From: Simkaniaceae bacterium
GTDB lineage: Bacteria > Chlamydiota > Chlamydiia > Chlamydiales > JACRBE01
Direction: 5' to 3'
DNA length: 64,000 bases
Assembly (NCBI GenBank): GCA_022763045.1
Contig: JALEGI010000007.1
Location: 64,555-128,554, forward strand
A program made the position numbers and the translations under genes. Below, piece by piece: positions 51,295 through 61,457 of this stretch. Each line of letters opens with the position of its first letter. The first letter of the stretch is position 1. The notes beneath the pieces are model-generated. The model was not told the DNA's origin. It ran no database searches and saw only the letters and a program-made list of their open reading frames with translations.

Positions 51295-52716
51295 TTAGTT
51301 GCGCGCTCTCTTTTCTGCAAGGTTTGAATATTCGGCCTGCTCATCGACCTCGGACACCCAACCACCACCGAGAGATTTGTAAATATCGACAAGCGTGGTG
51401 TAGGCCTCCCCTTGCGATTGGGCGTAGGAGAGCTCGGCGGCAAACAGACGCCTTTCGGCATCGAGAAAGTTGAGATAGTCTGTCTCCCCTTCGTTGTAGC
51501 GCAGGTTAGCGAGGTGAAAGTAGCTTTTCATCGTCTGTACACGCTCGGCCTCGGTTTTGATGAGATCGAGTGTGATGCGGTGGGTCACAAGTGAATCATT
51601 CACATCGCGAAAGGCGTTTAAGACAGTCGATTCGTAGTTGTGCAAGAGGGCTTGCTTTTCTGCTCGCGCTAGGCGCAAACCGCTGGTAAGCCGCCCGCCT
51701 GTAAAGACCTCTTGCATGAGGCTAAAGCCGTAGTCCCATAAACTCGAGGAGTTGGTCAGCAGTTTATGTAGCTGGGAGGAGGCAAATCCAAGCGATCCAG
51801 TGAGAGAGATGTCGGGGAAAAACTTTGCTTTCGCAATACCGATGCGCGCATTAGCCGCTTTGAGCTTCTCCTCTGCACTGAGAATGTCGGGTCGTTGGTT
51901 GAGCAGCTCTGAGGGAAGCTCTGCTGGCACTTGCGGTGGCATGTGAAAATCATCAAGGAGCAGTCCCCGCTTGGTAGCCGGCTCTGAGCGCCCTACTAAA
52001 AATCCGAGGAGATCTTCATGGGTAGCGATGTCAATTTTAATGGTATCGAGCTTGATTTGTGCCTGCTCGACTTCTGAGCGCGCCTGTTGCACTTGCATAT
52101 CTGAAGTGAGCCCCAGTTTATAGCGGATGTCGGCTAACTTGAATGAGGTGTTGCGGGTATCGAGTGTCTCCTTAGAAATGGAGAGCTGCCGATCGAGCCG
52201 GCGTAAATTGATGTAGGTGTTGGCAACTTGGGTCACAAGAGTTAACACCACGGTGCGGCGCACCTCAATTTGCTCGACCATCTCTGCGAGGGCCGATTGG
52301 GTAGCGCTGCGAATTTTTCCCCAAATATCGGCCTCCCACGATCCATTCAATACAAGGTTGTAGGCGCTGAAGCGACGCGGCTCGACAAGGTCATTGGAGA
52401 GGAGCGTTGACGACTCTTGTAAACGCTCTGCCCCAGCATCGAGATCAATTTGGGGATAGAGCTGAGAGCGTGCAATGCCAAGTTTTGCGGCATACTCTTC
52501 AACGCGAAAGATCGCCTTCTTGATATCTTGGTTATTCGCAAGCGCCTCATCAATGTACTCATCGAGAACAGGATCGCCAAGGCCCTTCCACCAGTTGAGG
52601 TTCTCTCCCACCTCTGTCGGCACGCGCCAGTGACTTGGGGTTGCAATTTCAGGCCGCTCATAGGTTGGATGCATGGTGCACGAGGTGAGAAGAAGCAACA
52701 CTAGTAGTCGTCTCAT
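51295..52716 (-). CDS. RND efflux outer-membrane factor lipoprotein (NodT/OprM family)
   Basis: Lipobox LLLTSC. Two repeats of the OEP domain (…AALANNQDIK…, …ARSQLYPQIDL…, …LFKALGGGW-type C-terminus IYKSLGGGW). Confidence 0.85.
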   Translation of the reverse strand: MRRLLVLLLLTSCTMHPTYERPEIATPSHWRVPTEVGENLNWWKGLGDPVLDEYIDEALANNQDIKKAIFRVEEYAAKLGIARSQLYPQIDLDAGAERLQESSTLLSNDLVEPRRFSAYNLVLNGSWEADIWGKIRSATQSALAEMVEQIEVRRTVVLTLVTQVANTYINLRRLDRQLSISKETLDTRNTSFKLADIRYKLGLTSDMQVQQARSEVEQAQIKLDTIKIDIATHEDLLGFLVGRSEPATKRGLLLDDFHMPPQVPAELPSELLNQRPDILSAEEKLKAANARIGIAKAKFFPDISLTGSLGFASSQLHKLLTNSSSLWDYGFSLMQEVFTGGRLTSGLRLARAEKQALLHNYESTVLNAFRDVNDSLVTHRITLDLIKTEAERVQTMKSYFHLANLRYNEGETDYLNFLDAERRLFAAELSYAQSQGEAYTTLVDIYKSLGGGWVSEVDEQAEYSNLAEKRARN

Positions 52717-55700
52717 CTCTTACCCCGGTAGAAAATTGTGAAGAAAAAGGGAATGAAACAGAGGGCGAGAATGGTTGCTGAGAGCATACCCCCTAAAACA
52801 CCCGTACCAACAGAGTGGCGTGAGGCAGCCCCCGCACCCTGGGCAATCACGAGTGGAAGCACACCTAATATAAAGGTAAAGGATGTCATTAAGATCGCCC
52901 GGAAGCGCAATTTCGCCGCCTCAATCGCTGCCTCTTTGACCTCCATCCCCTCTTCGACTTTGATTTTTGCAAACTCGACAATCAAAATCGCATTTTTTGC
53001 AGACAAGGCAATGAGTGTGACAAGGCCAATTTGGAAATAAACATCGTTGGGCATGCCGCGCACCCATATTGCGATGAAGGCGCCAAAGGCCCCGAAAGGA
53101 ACGGCGAGCAAAATCGCTATGGGTAGTGACCACATTTCATAAAGGGCTGAGAGGATGAGGAAGATCATAATGAGCCCTGCAATCAAGACGACAAACGAAG
53201 TCCCTCCTGTTTTAATCTGCTGATAGGCCTCTCCACTCCAACCATAATCCATGTCGGGAGCAAGAGCTTTTGCTGCGACCTCTTCCATTGCAGCAATCGC
53301 CTGACCAGTCGTGTAGCCAGGAGCTGCGGCACCAATGATCTCTGCGGCGGGGAAGTCGTTGAAACGGCTGACAAGATTGGGCCCGCGTGTCGGTTTGATG
53401 GTCATGATTGATTTAAGTGGCACCATCTCATCGTGGGCAGAGCGCACATACATATCACCTAAATTGGAGATTCGCTCGCGATACTCGGGAAGCGCCTGTA
53501 CAATGACCTGGAAGACACGACCATACTTGTTGAAATTGTTGACATAGACAGATCCAAGAAGGGTTTGCAGCGACTCATATGCGTCACTAATTGTGACACC
53601 AAGCGCGCGCGCCTTGTAGCGATCGAGGTCGACATAAAACTGGAGATTATCAAACTGCGCTGTGCAGTGCAAGGTGCTGAGAGCAGGATGATTCTTTGCC
53701 TCCTTAATAAAGGAGGCGATCGCCGCCTCAAGCGCTTTATCTCCCCCATCCCCGCGATTTTCTATCCAAAACTCAAAGCCACCAACTGTACCGAGTCCCT
53801 GGATGGCGGGGGGATTGGCGACGATGATTTGCGCATCTTGGATCATGTAGAGCTCTTTTTGTAGCTGCTCGCGAATGACATCGGCGTGTAGTTTACTTGA
53901 AGTGCGCTCTTTCCAATTCTTGAGCATGATGAAGTTCACACTCACATTTGTCTGATCGAGGCTATCTAAAATGCTGTAGCCGGTGAGGGCAATTACCCGC
54001 TCAACTCCTGGATGCTTATTTGCAATCTCTTGAATCTGATCGGAGACGGCAACGTTGCGATCGAGACTTGCTCCATCTGGTAAAGAAACCATTGTGATTA
54101 AATACCCTTGATCTTCATTCGGGACGAAACTCGTCGGCGTCGTCTTGAAAAAGAAGACCACCGCACAAATGACTGCCGCAAAGCATAGCGTTGACCAGAA
54201 AACCGAATGCACTAGGTAGCTTGCAATTGAGAGATATTTTTCAGTGAGCTTTTCAAGCCCCTTATTAAAATAGGTTGCCAATCGATGCTCTTTTTCTCGG
54301 GGCTTGATAATGAGTGAGCAGAGCGCTGGGCTTAGCGTGAGGGCCACAACCCCTGAGATAATCACTGAAGCGGCAATTGTGATCGCAAACTGCTTGTAGA
54401 GCTCGCCGGCAATTCCACCCAAAAACGAAACGGGAATGAACACAGCACACAAGACAAAGACAATGGCAATGACAGGTCCAGTCACCTCTTCCATCGCGCG
54501 GATGGCAGCCTCTTTGGCAGAGCACTTGTGCAGCTTCAAATTGCGCTCGACGTTTTCGACAACGACAATCGCATCATCAACAACAATTCCAATGGCAAGT
54601 ACCATTCCAAACATTGTGAGCGTATTGATCGAAAAGCCAAGTAGATAGAGTGCAGCGAATGTTCCTGTGATTGAGACAATCATGGCAAGAACGGGGATCA
54701 GGGTCGCTCGCAGGTTTTGCAAAAAGATAAACACCACAAGAACCACTAAAATCGCCGCGATAAAAATCGTTTTAATCACCTCTTCGATCGATGCTTTGAT
54801 AAAGAGGGTGGTATTATAGGGAATCGTATAGGTAATGCCCTTGGGGAATCGCTTGGAGAGCTTATCCATTGACTTGTAGATATTTTGCGCCAAGTCAAGG
54901 GCATTGGTTCCATACTCTTGGAAAATAGTGAGCAAAATAGTTGGCTTGCCATCGACTTGCCCATCAACAGTGTAATTTTGAGCACCTAAATCGACGGTTG
55001 CAACATCTTTGAGTAACACAAATTGTCCATTGAGGTCGGCCTTCAAGACAATATTTTCAAACTGCTCTGGCTCAGTTAATCTCCCTTGCGAGGCGAGCGG
55101 TACTGTGAGAACGACTGGATGTGAATTGGGCGCTTGACCAAATTGACCGATGCCGTAATCTTGGTTTTGCTCTTTTACCGCCTGAACAATATCTCCTGTT
55201 GTAATTCCCAATTGCGCCATCATATCGGGGCGCAGCCAAATCCGCATCGAGTAGTTGCGCTGACCAATCACATTGATATTGCTGATGCCTGGCACAAGCA
55301 GAAGATCATTTACGACATTGATTTGTGCGTAGTTACTGAGAAAATCTTGGTCGTAGCGCCCATCTGGAGACTGAATTGCCACAACGATCATGATATTGGG
55401 CGTTTGCTGGGTCACAATAATGCCCTCGTGCTGAACCGATTCAGGAAGCTCAGAGAGAGCTTGACTAACGAGATTTTGTACGTTGACCTGATCGATGTCG
55501 GCATTACTTCCGATATCAAAGTAGCACTGCAGAGTCATATTCCCCGTTGAGGCGCTTTGGGAGTACATGTAAATCATGTCCTCAGCTCCTAAAATCTGCT
55601 GCTCGAGTGGCGAGGCGACATCATTTGCCATCACACTCGCATTCGCTCCATTAAAAGTCGCAGTGACTTGGATCAGTGGTGGGGTCATGTTTGGGAACTG

Positions 55701-55805
55701 CTCGATGGGCAGTGTACGCATTGCGCTTACGCCTGCAAGTGTGATGATGATCGAAATCACTGAGGCAAAAACGGGGTGGTTGATAAAAAACTTTGAGATC
55801 ATCAA
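52713..55805 (-). CDS. RND multidrug efflux transporter, inner-membrane permease (AcrB/HAE1 family)
   Basis: 1030 aa. MISKFFINHPVFASVISIIITLAGV; 12-TM/2-loop layout; GIVVDDAIVVVENVERN and ALSAKNAILIVEFA motifs. Confidence 0.9.
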   Translation of the reverse strand: MMISKFFINHPVFASVISIIITLAGVSAMRTLPIEQFPNMTPPLIQVTATFNGANASVMANDVASPLEQQILGAEDMIYMYSQSASTGNMTLQCYFDIGSNADIDQVNVQNLVSQALSELPESVQHEGIIVTQQTPNIMIVVAIQSPDGRYDQDFLSNYAQINVVNDLLLVPGISNINVIGQRNYSMRIWLRPDMMAQLGITTGDIVQAVKEQNQDYGIGQFGQAPNSHPVVLTVPLASQGRLTEPEQFENIVLKADLNGQFVLLKDVATVDLGAQNYTVDGQVDGKPTILLTIFQEYGTNALDLAQNIYKSMDKLSKRFPKGITYTIPYNTTLFIKASIEEVIKTIFIAAILVVLVVFIFLQNLRATLIPVLAMIVSITGTFAALYLLGFSINTLTMFGMVLAIGIVVDDAIVVVENVERNLKLHKCSAKEAAIRAMEEVTGPVIAIVFVLCAVFIPVSFLGGIAGELYKQFAITIAASVIISGVVALTLSPALCSLIIKPREKEHRLATYFNKGLEKLTEKYLSIASYLVHSVFWSTLCFAAVICAVVFFFKTTPTSFVPNEDQGYLITMVSLPDGASLDRNVAVSDQIQEIANKHPGVERVIALTGYSILDSLDQTNVSVNFIMLKNWKERTSSKLHADVIREQLQKELYMIQDAQIIVANPPAIQGLGTVGGFEFWIENRGDGGDKALEAAIASFIKEAKNHPALSTLHCTAQFDNLQFYVDLDRYKARALGVTISDAYESLQTLLGSVYVNNFNKYGRVFQVIVQALPEYRERISNLGDMYVRSAHDEMVPLKSIMTIKPTRGPNLVSRFNDFPAAEIIGAAAPGYTTGQAIAAMEEVAAKALAPDMDYGWSGEAYQQIKTGGTSFVVLIAGLIMIFLILSALYEMWSLPIAILLAVPFGAFGAFIAIWVRGMPNDVYFQIGLVTLIALSAKNAILIVEFAKIKVEEGMEVKEAAIEAAKLRFRAILMTSFTFILGVLPLVIAQGAGAASRHSVGTGVLGGMLSATILALCFIPFFFTIFYRGKR

Positions 55806-56968
55806 TACCCTAGCATGTTTGGCTGCTGCTTCTTTTTTATAGGCTCAGGGGGAACCGAAGGTGCGCGATGTGTGACTGTGACAGGTCCACCGTTAACAAC
55901 CTTATTCACTCCAAGAGAAATCACCTCATCTCCCTCCTTGAGCCCCTCTTCAATAATCCAATAGTCGCGAAACCAATCTCCCACAACTACCGGGCGCACC
56001 TCAGCATATTTGCCGCCGGCAATCACATAAACAAAGGTACCCCCCTGCCCCATCTGCACCGCTGTCTGAGGAACAACAATCGCATTCGGGCGATACGCCC
56101 CTTTGACGACTACATTGACAAACATTCCGGGGCGTAAAATTCGTCCGGGATTTTTCATAATCGAGCGCACAAGCATGGTTCCAGTCGACTGCTGAAGCGC
56201 CGGGTCAAGAAAGTCGATCTTGCCCTCAGCTGGAAAAACATCTCCATTTGGCATCACCACTTCAATGATGACATCCTGCTCTTGAGGCAAAACAATTTTT
56301 CCATGACGTTTTTCATCTTGAAGCTGCAGTATTTGCCCCTCAGAGACATTGAAATTGACCCAAATCGGATCGATGACAAAAAGGCGTGTGAGCAAACTAT
56401 CGGGTCCAGGCGAAATGAGCGCACCTTCACGGAAAATGGCGCGTGATGCCATTCCTGTCACTGGAGCGCGAATCTCTGTATAGCTTAAGTTGACCTGATT
56501 TTTATAGACTGCGGCTTTTGCAGAGCGCACATCTGCCTCTGCTGCATATTCGGATGCCAAGGCATTGTCTAAATCGCGCTGGGAAACAGCATTTTGCTTG
56601 TAGAGCGGGACCATTCGATTTTTGGTTTGCTGCGCATTCCAGAGGACAGCCTCTTTTTGATCGAGCTCTCCCTTGGCAATGTCAAGCGAGGCAATGAATG
56701 GACGTTGATCGAGAGTGAAAAGCAGATCATTTTCTTCAACGAGTTTCCCCTCATCATAAGAAATTTTTTCAAGATATCCCTCGACCCGCGCGCGAATTTC
56801 AACAATGTGTGAGCTCTCAGCTACAGCGACAAACTGAAAATCAGCAGGAATTTTTTGAGGGACAACTTTCATTGCCGTGACTGGAACAGAAAATCCCCTC
56901 TCAGGCTTTTTTTTGCCGCAAGAGCTTAAAGAGATAAGACATAATAGACACGCAAGTACTCGATACAT
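55802..56968 (-). CDS. RND efflux periplasmic adaptor (membrane fusion protein, AcrA/HlyD family)
   Basis: Lipobox LSSCGKKK; EIRARVEGYLEKI, LDNALA..EADV..AKA (coiled coil) and YTEIRAPVTGMAS. A 4-nt overlap with the permease gene places it in the operon. Confidence 0.85.
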   Translation of the reverse strand: MYRVLACLLCLISLSSCGKKKPERGFSVPVTAMKVVPQKIPADFQFVAVAESSHIVEIRARVEGYLEKISYDEGKLVEENDLLFTLDQRPFIASLDIAKGELDQKEAVLWNAQQTKNRMVPLYKQNAVSQRDLDNALASEYAAEADVRSAKAAVYKNQVNLSYTEIRAPVTGMASRAIFREGALISPGPDSLLTRLFVIDPIWVNFNVSEGQILQLQDEKRHGKIVLPQEQDVIIEVVMPNGDVFPAEGKIDFLDPALQQSTGTMLVRSIMKNPGRILRPGMFVNVVVKGAYRPNAIVVPQTAVQMGQGGTFVYVIAGGKYAEVRPVVVGDWFRDYWIIEEGLKEGDEVISLGVNKVVNGGPVTVTHRAPSVPPEPIKKKQQPNMLGY

Positions 56969-57045
56969 AGCACCACCCCACCCCTCGGATTAACAAAAAT
57001 ATTTTTTTTATACAACTGAATGAATCCAAGATGTAGAATCTTGCC

Positions 57046-59235
57046 ATGGCAACTATGATTACAAATTTACGCACCTATATTTTCCCCAAATCGGGCAGCA
57101 AGCTCGGGACAATTAAAGGGGTTTTCCTTCCTAATATCCTTCAGATGATTGGGGTGATTCTTTTTATGCGACTTGGATGGGTCTTAGGACACGTTGGCAT
57201 GTTCAATATGTCGATGATCATCACCCTCTCATCCTCACTTCTCTTTGTGACCGCCCTATCTCTCACAGCAATCATCTCCAATATGAAGGTGGAAGGGGGT
57301 GGCGCCTACTACCTTATTTCGCGGATTTTAGGGATTGAATTTGGCAGTGCAATTGGGATTTTAATCACTATTGCCCAACACGCCTCCATCGCCCTTTGCG
57401 TCTCAGGTTTTTCCGTCTCATTAAAGGAATTTTTTCCTCACATCCCGATCACATTTCTAGAGGTAGGGACCCTCTGTTTGCTCGCTTTTGTCTCCTACAC
57501 TTCGACCTCGCTCGCTGTAAAGATGCAGCTCATCATCGCTGCCATCTTGTTTACCTCGATTGGCTCTGTCTTTTTCGGTATGAAACCCGATTACAACTTG
57601 CCCACAACGACTACTCCAGCGATTGAAATGGGCTTTTGGCTCGCCTTTTCGATGTTTTTCCCCGCAACAACGGGAATAGAAGCGGGCATGTCGATGTCGG
57701 GGGATCTTAAAAACCCCAAGCGCTCACTGCCGGTTGGTACAATTGCTTCGGTAATCACCGCCTACTTCCTCTACCTCAACTTGGCGATTTTCCTATCACG
57801 AAATGTCTCCTCCGAGCTGTTAACCGCCTACCCAATGATTCTCTACTACGTCTCAAAAATGGGGATGCTAGTCATTTTGGGGATTTGGGGAGCGACCCTA
57901 TCAAGCGCTCTTGGCTCTATCATGGGAGCGCCACGTATTATTCAAGCGATTGCCAGCGATGGCATCTTTCCAAGCTTTCTCGCAAAAGGCCACGGTCCAC
58001 TCAATCAGCCTCGCATTGCAACGCTCATGGTCTTTTGCACCTCAATGGTACTAACCATTTTCACAAATATTAACCAGATCATCCCCATCATGTCGATGAT
58101 CTGCCTAGTGCTCTATGGACTAATCAATTTTGTCGCCTTTTTTGAGGAATTTATCAAAAACCCGAGCTGGCGCCCCACATTCAAGGTGCCGTGGTACATC
58201 TCTTTGTGCGGCTCTCTTAGCTGCTTTATCGTCATGGTGATGATCAATCCCGGTGCAACCTGCATTGTGATTGCCCTTGTGATTTTGCTCTGCATTTGGA
58301 CCTCTCGAAGAAAGGTCAATGGCAACTGGGATGATATTCGCTTTAGCCTCTATTCCTATCTCGTTAACCGCGGAGCCAAGCGACTCGCTGCAATGAAGCC
58401 AAATGCAAAGAGCTGGCGACCAAACATCATCACCTTCTTTAGCCCAAATCAGCTCTACCCCAATCTAATTAACTTTTCCAATATCCTCGACCAAGGGAAG
58501 GGCTTTCTCACCTTTGCGACCCAGCTTGGAGAAAAAGAGGCCTACTCAGAGATCTTGCGCTCACACCACGTTGATGGCTACGTGCACATTGGAAGAGAGC
58601 AGGAAACTATCCACGCTCTGCAACAGACGATTCACGATTATGGACTCGGCCCTCTGCGCCCCAACACCGTAATCTTTTCGCTCCATTCTCCCATTCTCAA
58701 AGAGGTGCAGATGACTAATATCCTCAAGCAGAAGAATAAGAACCTCATCTTCCTAAATGACGATTCGAATAACTTGCGCCTCTACCGTGAAAATGCGCTG
58801 ACGCCCAAAAAAATTAACCTCTGGTGGCGCGGGGACTACCAGAAAAACTTTGAGTTTTGCCTGGCGCTTTCACACATCATGCAGTCGTCCCCCGCATTTG
58901 CCGACGCCACGATTCGCATTCAATCGATCATTCCAAGTGAGGAGAAGGAAAAGCAGCTAACTGCCATCTATGATAGAGCGCAAAAACGGATGCGCTTGCG
59001 CAACCTACTTTTCAAGCCAATTATCGACCCAGATGTACACTTCTTTGCTAACTTTGAAAAGGCCTCTGCCGATGCAGACTTTACCTACATTGGACTGCGC
59101 CACCAGCAAGAGGGTGAATCAGATGATGCGTATGAAGGCTACATCAACAACCTGATTCAAGGAACAGCGCAGGTGGAAAACATCGCCTACGTCCTTGCTG
59201 GCGAAGAGATGAACTTCACGAAGATCTTTACTTAG
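57046..59235 (+). CDS. APC-superfamily transporter of the cation-chloride-cotransporter / amino-acid-permease type with a large cytoplasmic C-terminal domain
   Basis: KLGTIKGVFLPNILQMIGVILFMRLGWVLG (SLC12-like TM1), GGGAYYLISR, and about 12 TM followed by about 300 soluble residues. Confidence 0.75.
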   Translation: MATMITNLRTYIFPKSGSKLGTIKGVFLPNILQMIGVILFMRLGWVLGHVGMFNMSMIITLSSSLLFVTALSLTAIISNMKVEGGGAYYLISRILGIEFGSAIGILITIAQHASIALCVSGFSVSLKEFFPHIPITFLEVGTLCLLAFVSYTSTSLAVKMQLIIAAILFTSIGSVFFGMKPDYNLPTTTTPAIEMGFWLAFSMFFPATTGIEAGMSMSGDLKNPKRSLPVGTIASVITAYFLYLNLAIFLSRNVSSELLTAYPMILYYVSKMGMLVILGIWGATLSSALGSIMGAPRIIQAIASDGIFPSFLAKGHGPLNQPRIATLMVFCTSMVLTIFTNINQIIPIMSMICLVLYGLINFVAFFEEFIKNPSWRPTFKVPWYISLCGSLSCFIVMVMINPGATCIVIALVILLCIWTSRRKVNGNWDDIRFSLYSYLVNRGAKRLAAMKPNAKSWRPNIITFFSPNQLYPNLINFSNILDQGKGFLTFATQLGEKEAYSEILRSHHVDGYVHIGREQETIHALQQTIHDYGLGPLRPNTVIFSLHSPILKEVQMTNILKQKNKNLIFLNDDSNNLRLYRENALTPKKINLWWRGDYQKNFEFCLALSHIMQSSPAFADATIRIQSIIPSEEKEKQLTAIYDRAQKRMRLRNLLFKPIIDPDVHFFANFEKASADADFTYIGLRHQQEGESDDAYEGYINNLIQGTAQVENIAYVLAGEEMNFTKIFT

Positions 59236-60247
59236 TTAGCAATGCATTTAGCGCATTTAAAAAGCCACACGCATAGATTCCATCGAGTACACGATGATCA
59301 AATGTGAGAGTGACATTGACCATTTTGCGAATTGCAATTGAGTTATCAGGCATCGCAACAACCTTTTTCTGCATTGCTCCCAAGCCAATGATGGCAACTT
59401 CGGGGTGACGAATGATCGGTACGCCAATTGAGACGCCTGTCATTCCAAAGTTTGTCAGAGTAATTGTCCCCTCTTGGACATCTTCAGGTGCGAGCGAGTT
59501 GCTACGCGCTTTCTCAGCAAGGTGTGCGATTTGACGAGCAATGCTTGATAAGTCGCGACTTTGGCAGTCGCGAATCACAGGGACCATCACTGCCTGATCA
59601 ACAGAAACGGCAATTCCCACATTCACTTGCTTTTTCAAAACGATGTGATCGTCAACAAGTGATGCATTGAGGTGGGGAAACTGCTCAAGCGCGCGCGCAA
59701 TTGCACGGACCATGACAGCTGTGATCGTCACTTTTACCCCATCAATCATCCCAGTTTCAACATCGGTAACATCGACTTCGTTGATAAAAGTTGCGTGTGG
59801 CGCCTTGTAGAATGAGCGTACCATATTTTCTGCTATAGCCTTGCGCATCCCAGTGAGGGGAATGCGATCGTGCGTGCATGTTGATACCTGCTTTTCGACA
59901 TCTTTTTTTGTGATGCGGCCACCCTCTCCACTTCCGGAGAGCGTAGAGAGGTCAACAGCGTGCTCTTTTGCAATCGCTTTGACGGCCGGTGAGTGGAAGG
60001 GAGCGTCAGCGCCTTCGATAAGACAAATCACCTCGCCAACATCGCACTCCTCTTCAACAGTGCGTAAAATCGCCTTGATGCGACCGGCACTGGGGGCAGG
60101 AATTTCGCTATTGACTTTGTCTGTGGTCACTTCCAAGAGGGGCTCATCTGCATCGACAAAGTCTCCCTCTTTTTTCAACCACTGGGTAATTGTCGCGCTG
60201 ACAATTGACTCGCCCAGCTTGGGCATTTTCACTTCCAGATCATTCAT
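59228..60247 (-). CDS. 2-oxoacid dehydrogenase complex E2 dihydrolipoamide acyltransferase (lipoyl, E3-binding and catalytic domains)
   Basis: The lipoyl domain VKMPKLGESIVSATITQWLKKEGDFVDADEPLLEVTTDKVNSEIPAP, the PSBD SPAVKAIAKEHAVDLSTLSGSGEGGRITKKDV, and the catalytic LTFDHRVLDG. Confidence 0.85.
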   Translation of the reverse strand: MNDLEVKMPKLGESIVSATITQWLKKEGDFVDADEPLLEVTTDKVNSEIPAPSAGRIKAILRTVEEECDVGEVICLIEGADAPFHSPAVKAIAKEHAVDLSTLSGSGEGGRITKKDVEKQVSTCTHDRIPLTGMRKAIAENMVRSFYKAPHATFINEVDVTDVETGMIDGVKVTITAVMVRAIARALEQFPHLNASLVDDHIVLKKQVNVGIAVSVDQAVMVPVIRDCQSRDLSSIARQIAHLAEKARSNSLAPEDVQEGTITLTNFGMTGVSIGVPIIRHPEVAIIGLGAMQKKVVAMPDNSIAIRKMVNVTLTFDHRVLDGIYACGFLNALNALLTK

Positions 60248-61457
60248 ACCAGGTCACCTTGTGATAGCGCTCTTCGTTGATTTTACCCTCTTTTTTCGCA
60301 ACATAGAGCGTGGCAACGCCATCGCCCATGATGTTAATCACAGCAGAGCCCATTTCACGAATGCGATCAATCCCAGCAACTAGTGCAATCCCCTCAAGCG
60401 GCAGGCCGATTGAGTTCAGAACCATGGAGAGCATGATAATTCCAGTTCCTGGAATTCCCGCAGCACCAACAGCTGAGAGAAGTGAGGTAAGAATTAAAAC
60501 GCCAATTTGCAAAAACGAGAGCTCGATTCCGTAGGCCTGAGCAATGAACGTTGCCGCAAGTACTTGACCAATAGCAGCACCATTCATGTTAATCGTCGAA
60601 CCTAGAGACATCACAAAGCCTGAAATATCTTCAGAGACTCCGAGGTGATCACGCGCGCACTCCAAAGAGACGGGCAGCGTTGCACTCGAGCTTGAAGTTG
60701 TAAAGGCCATAACAAAGGCATCTTTCATCCCCTTGAAGTAGGGCATAATGCGCATTCTAGCAAAAAGCCTAATCGAGAGAGGGAAGACAATAATCATCAT
60801 GAATAAAAAGCCGATGTAGTTTGCGAGTAAGAGCTCAAGTAGCGGCTTAATCACCCTACCACCTACAGAACCAACAGAGGTCGCAATTAGGGCAAAAACC
60901 CCGTAGGGGGCAAATTTCATGATGGTATGCGTGAGTGAATACATCACCTCGCTGACCGACTCGAGGACAGCTAAAATGGGCTTGCCCTTCTCCCCTGCCA
61001 TGATGATTGCATAGGCAAAAAAGACAGCAAAGATGATGATCTGCAAAATATTTCCCTCAGCAAAAGCCGCAAAAGGATTAGCTGGGACAATACCTGAGAT
61101 AAAATCGAGTAGCGAGACGCTCACATTGTTTGTACACCCCCCATCCATGCAGGCAAGTGAGAGTCCAGCACCTGGCTTGATAATGTGGCCAAGTAGCAGA
61201 CCAAAAGCGACTGCAACGAGAGTGGTGATAAAGTAAAATACGAGGGTACGAATCCCGATTCGGCCAAGTTTTTTTGGATCGTGGATGTGGCAAATTCCCG
61301 TGCAAATAGAGGCAAAGACAATAATGCCAACGAGCATTTTAAGAAGGTCGATGAAAATACGTCCAACAACCATCAAAAAGTGGTAGTCACGCCCCGTCAC
61401 CAGACCGAAAATGACGCCGAGCACAAGCCCGATCAAAATTTTAAGCCAAGGTTTCAT
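60240..61457 (-). CDS. Dicarboxylate/amino acid:cation (Na+/H+) symporter, DAACS/GltP family
   Basis: FTTSSSSATLPVSLE, GSTINMNGAA and IDRIREMGSAVINIMGD are DAACS hallmark motifs. Confidence 0.85.
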   Translation of the reverse strand: MKPWLKILIGLVLGVIFGLVTGRDYHFLMVVGRIFIDLLKMLVGIIVFASICTGICHIHDPKKLGRIGIRTLVFYFITTLVAVAFGLLLGHIIKPGAGLSLACMDGGCTNNVSVSLLDFISGIVPANPFAAFAEGNILQIIIFAVFFAYAIIMAGEKGKPILAVLESVSEVMYSLTHTIMKFAPYGVFALIATSVGSVGGRVIKPLLELLLANYIGFLFMMIIVFPLSIRLFARMRIMPYFKGMKDAFVMAFTTSSSSATLPVSLECARDHLGVSEDISGFVMSLGSTINMNGAAIGQVLAATFIAQAYGIELSFLQIGVLILTSLLSAVGAAGIPGTGIIMLSMVLNSIGLPLEGIALVAGIDRIREMGSAVINIMGDGVATLYVAKKEGKINEERYHKVTWYE

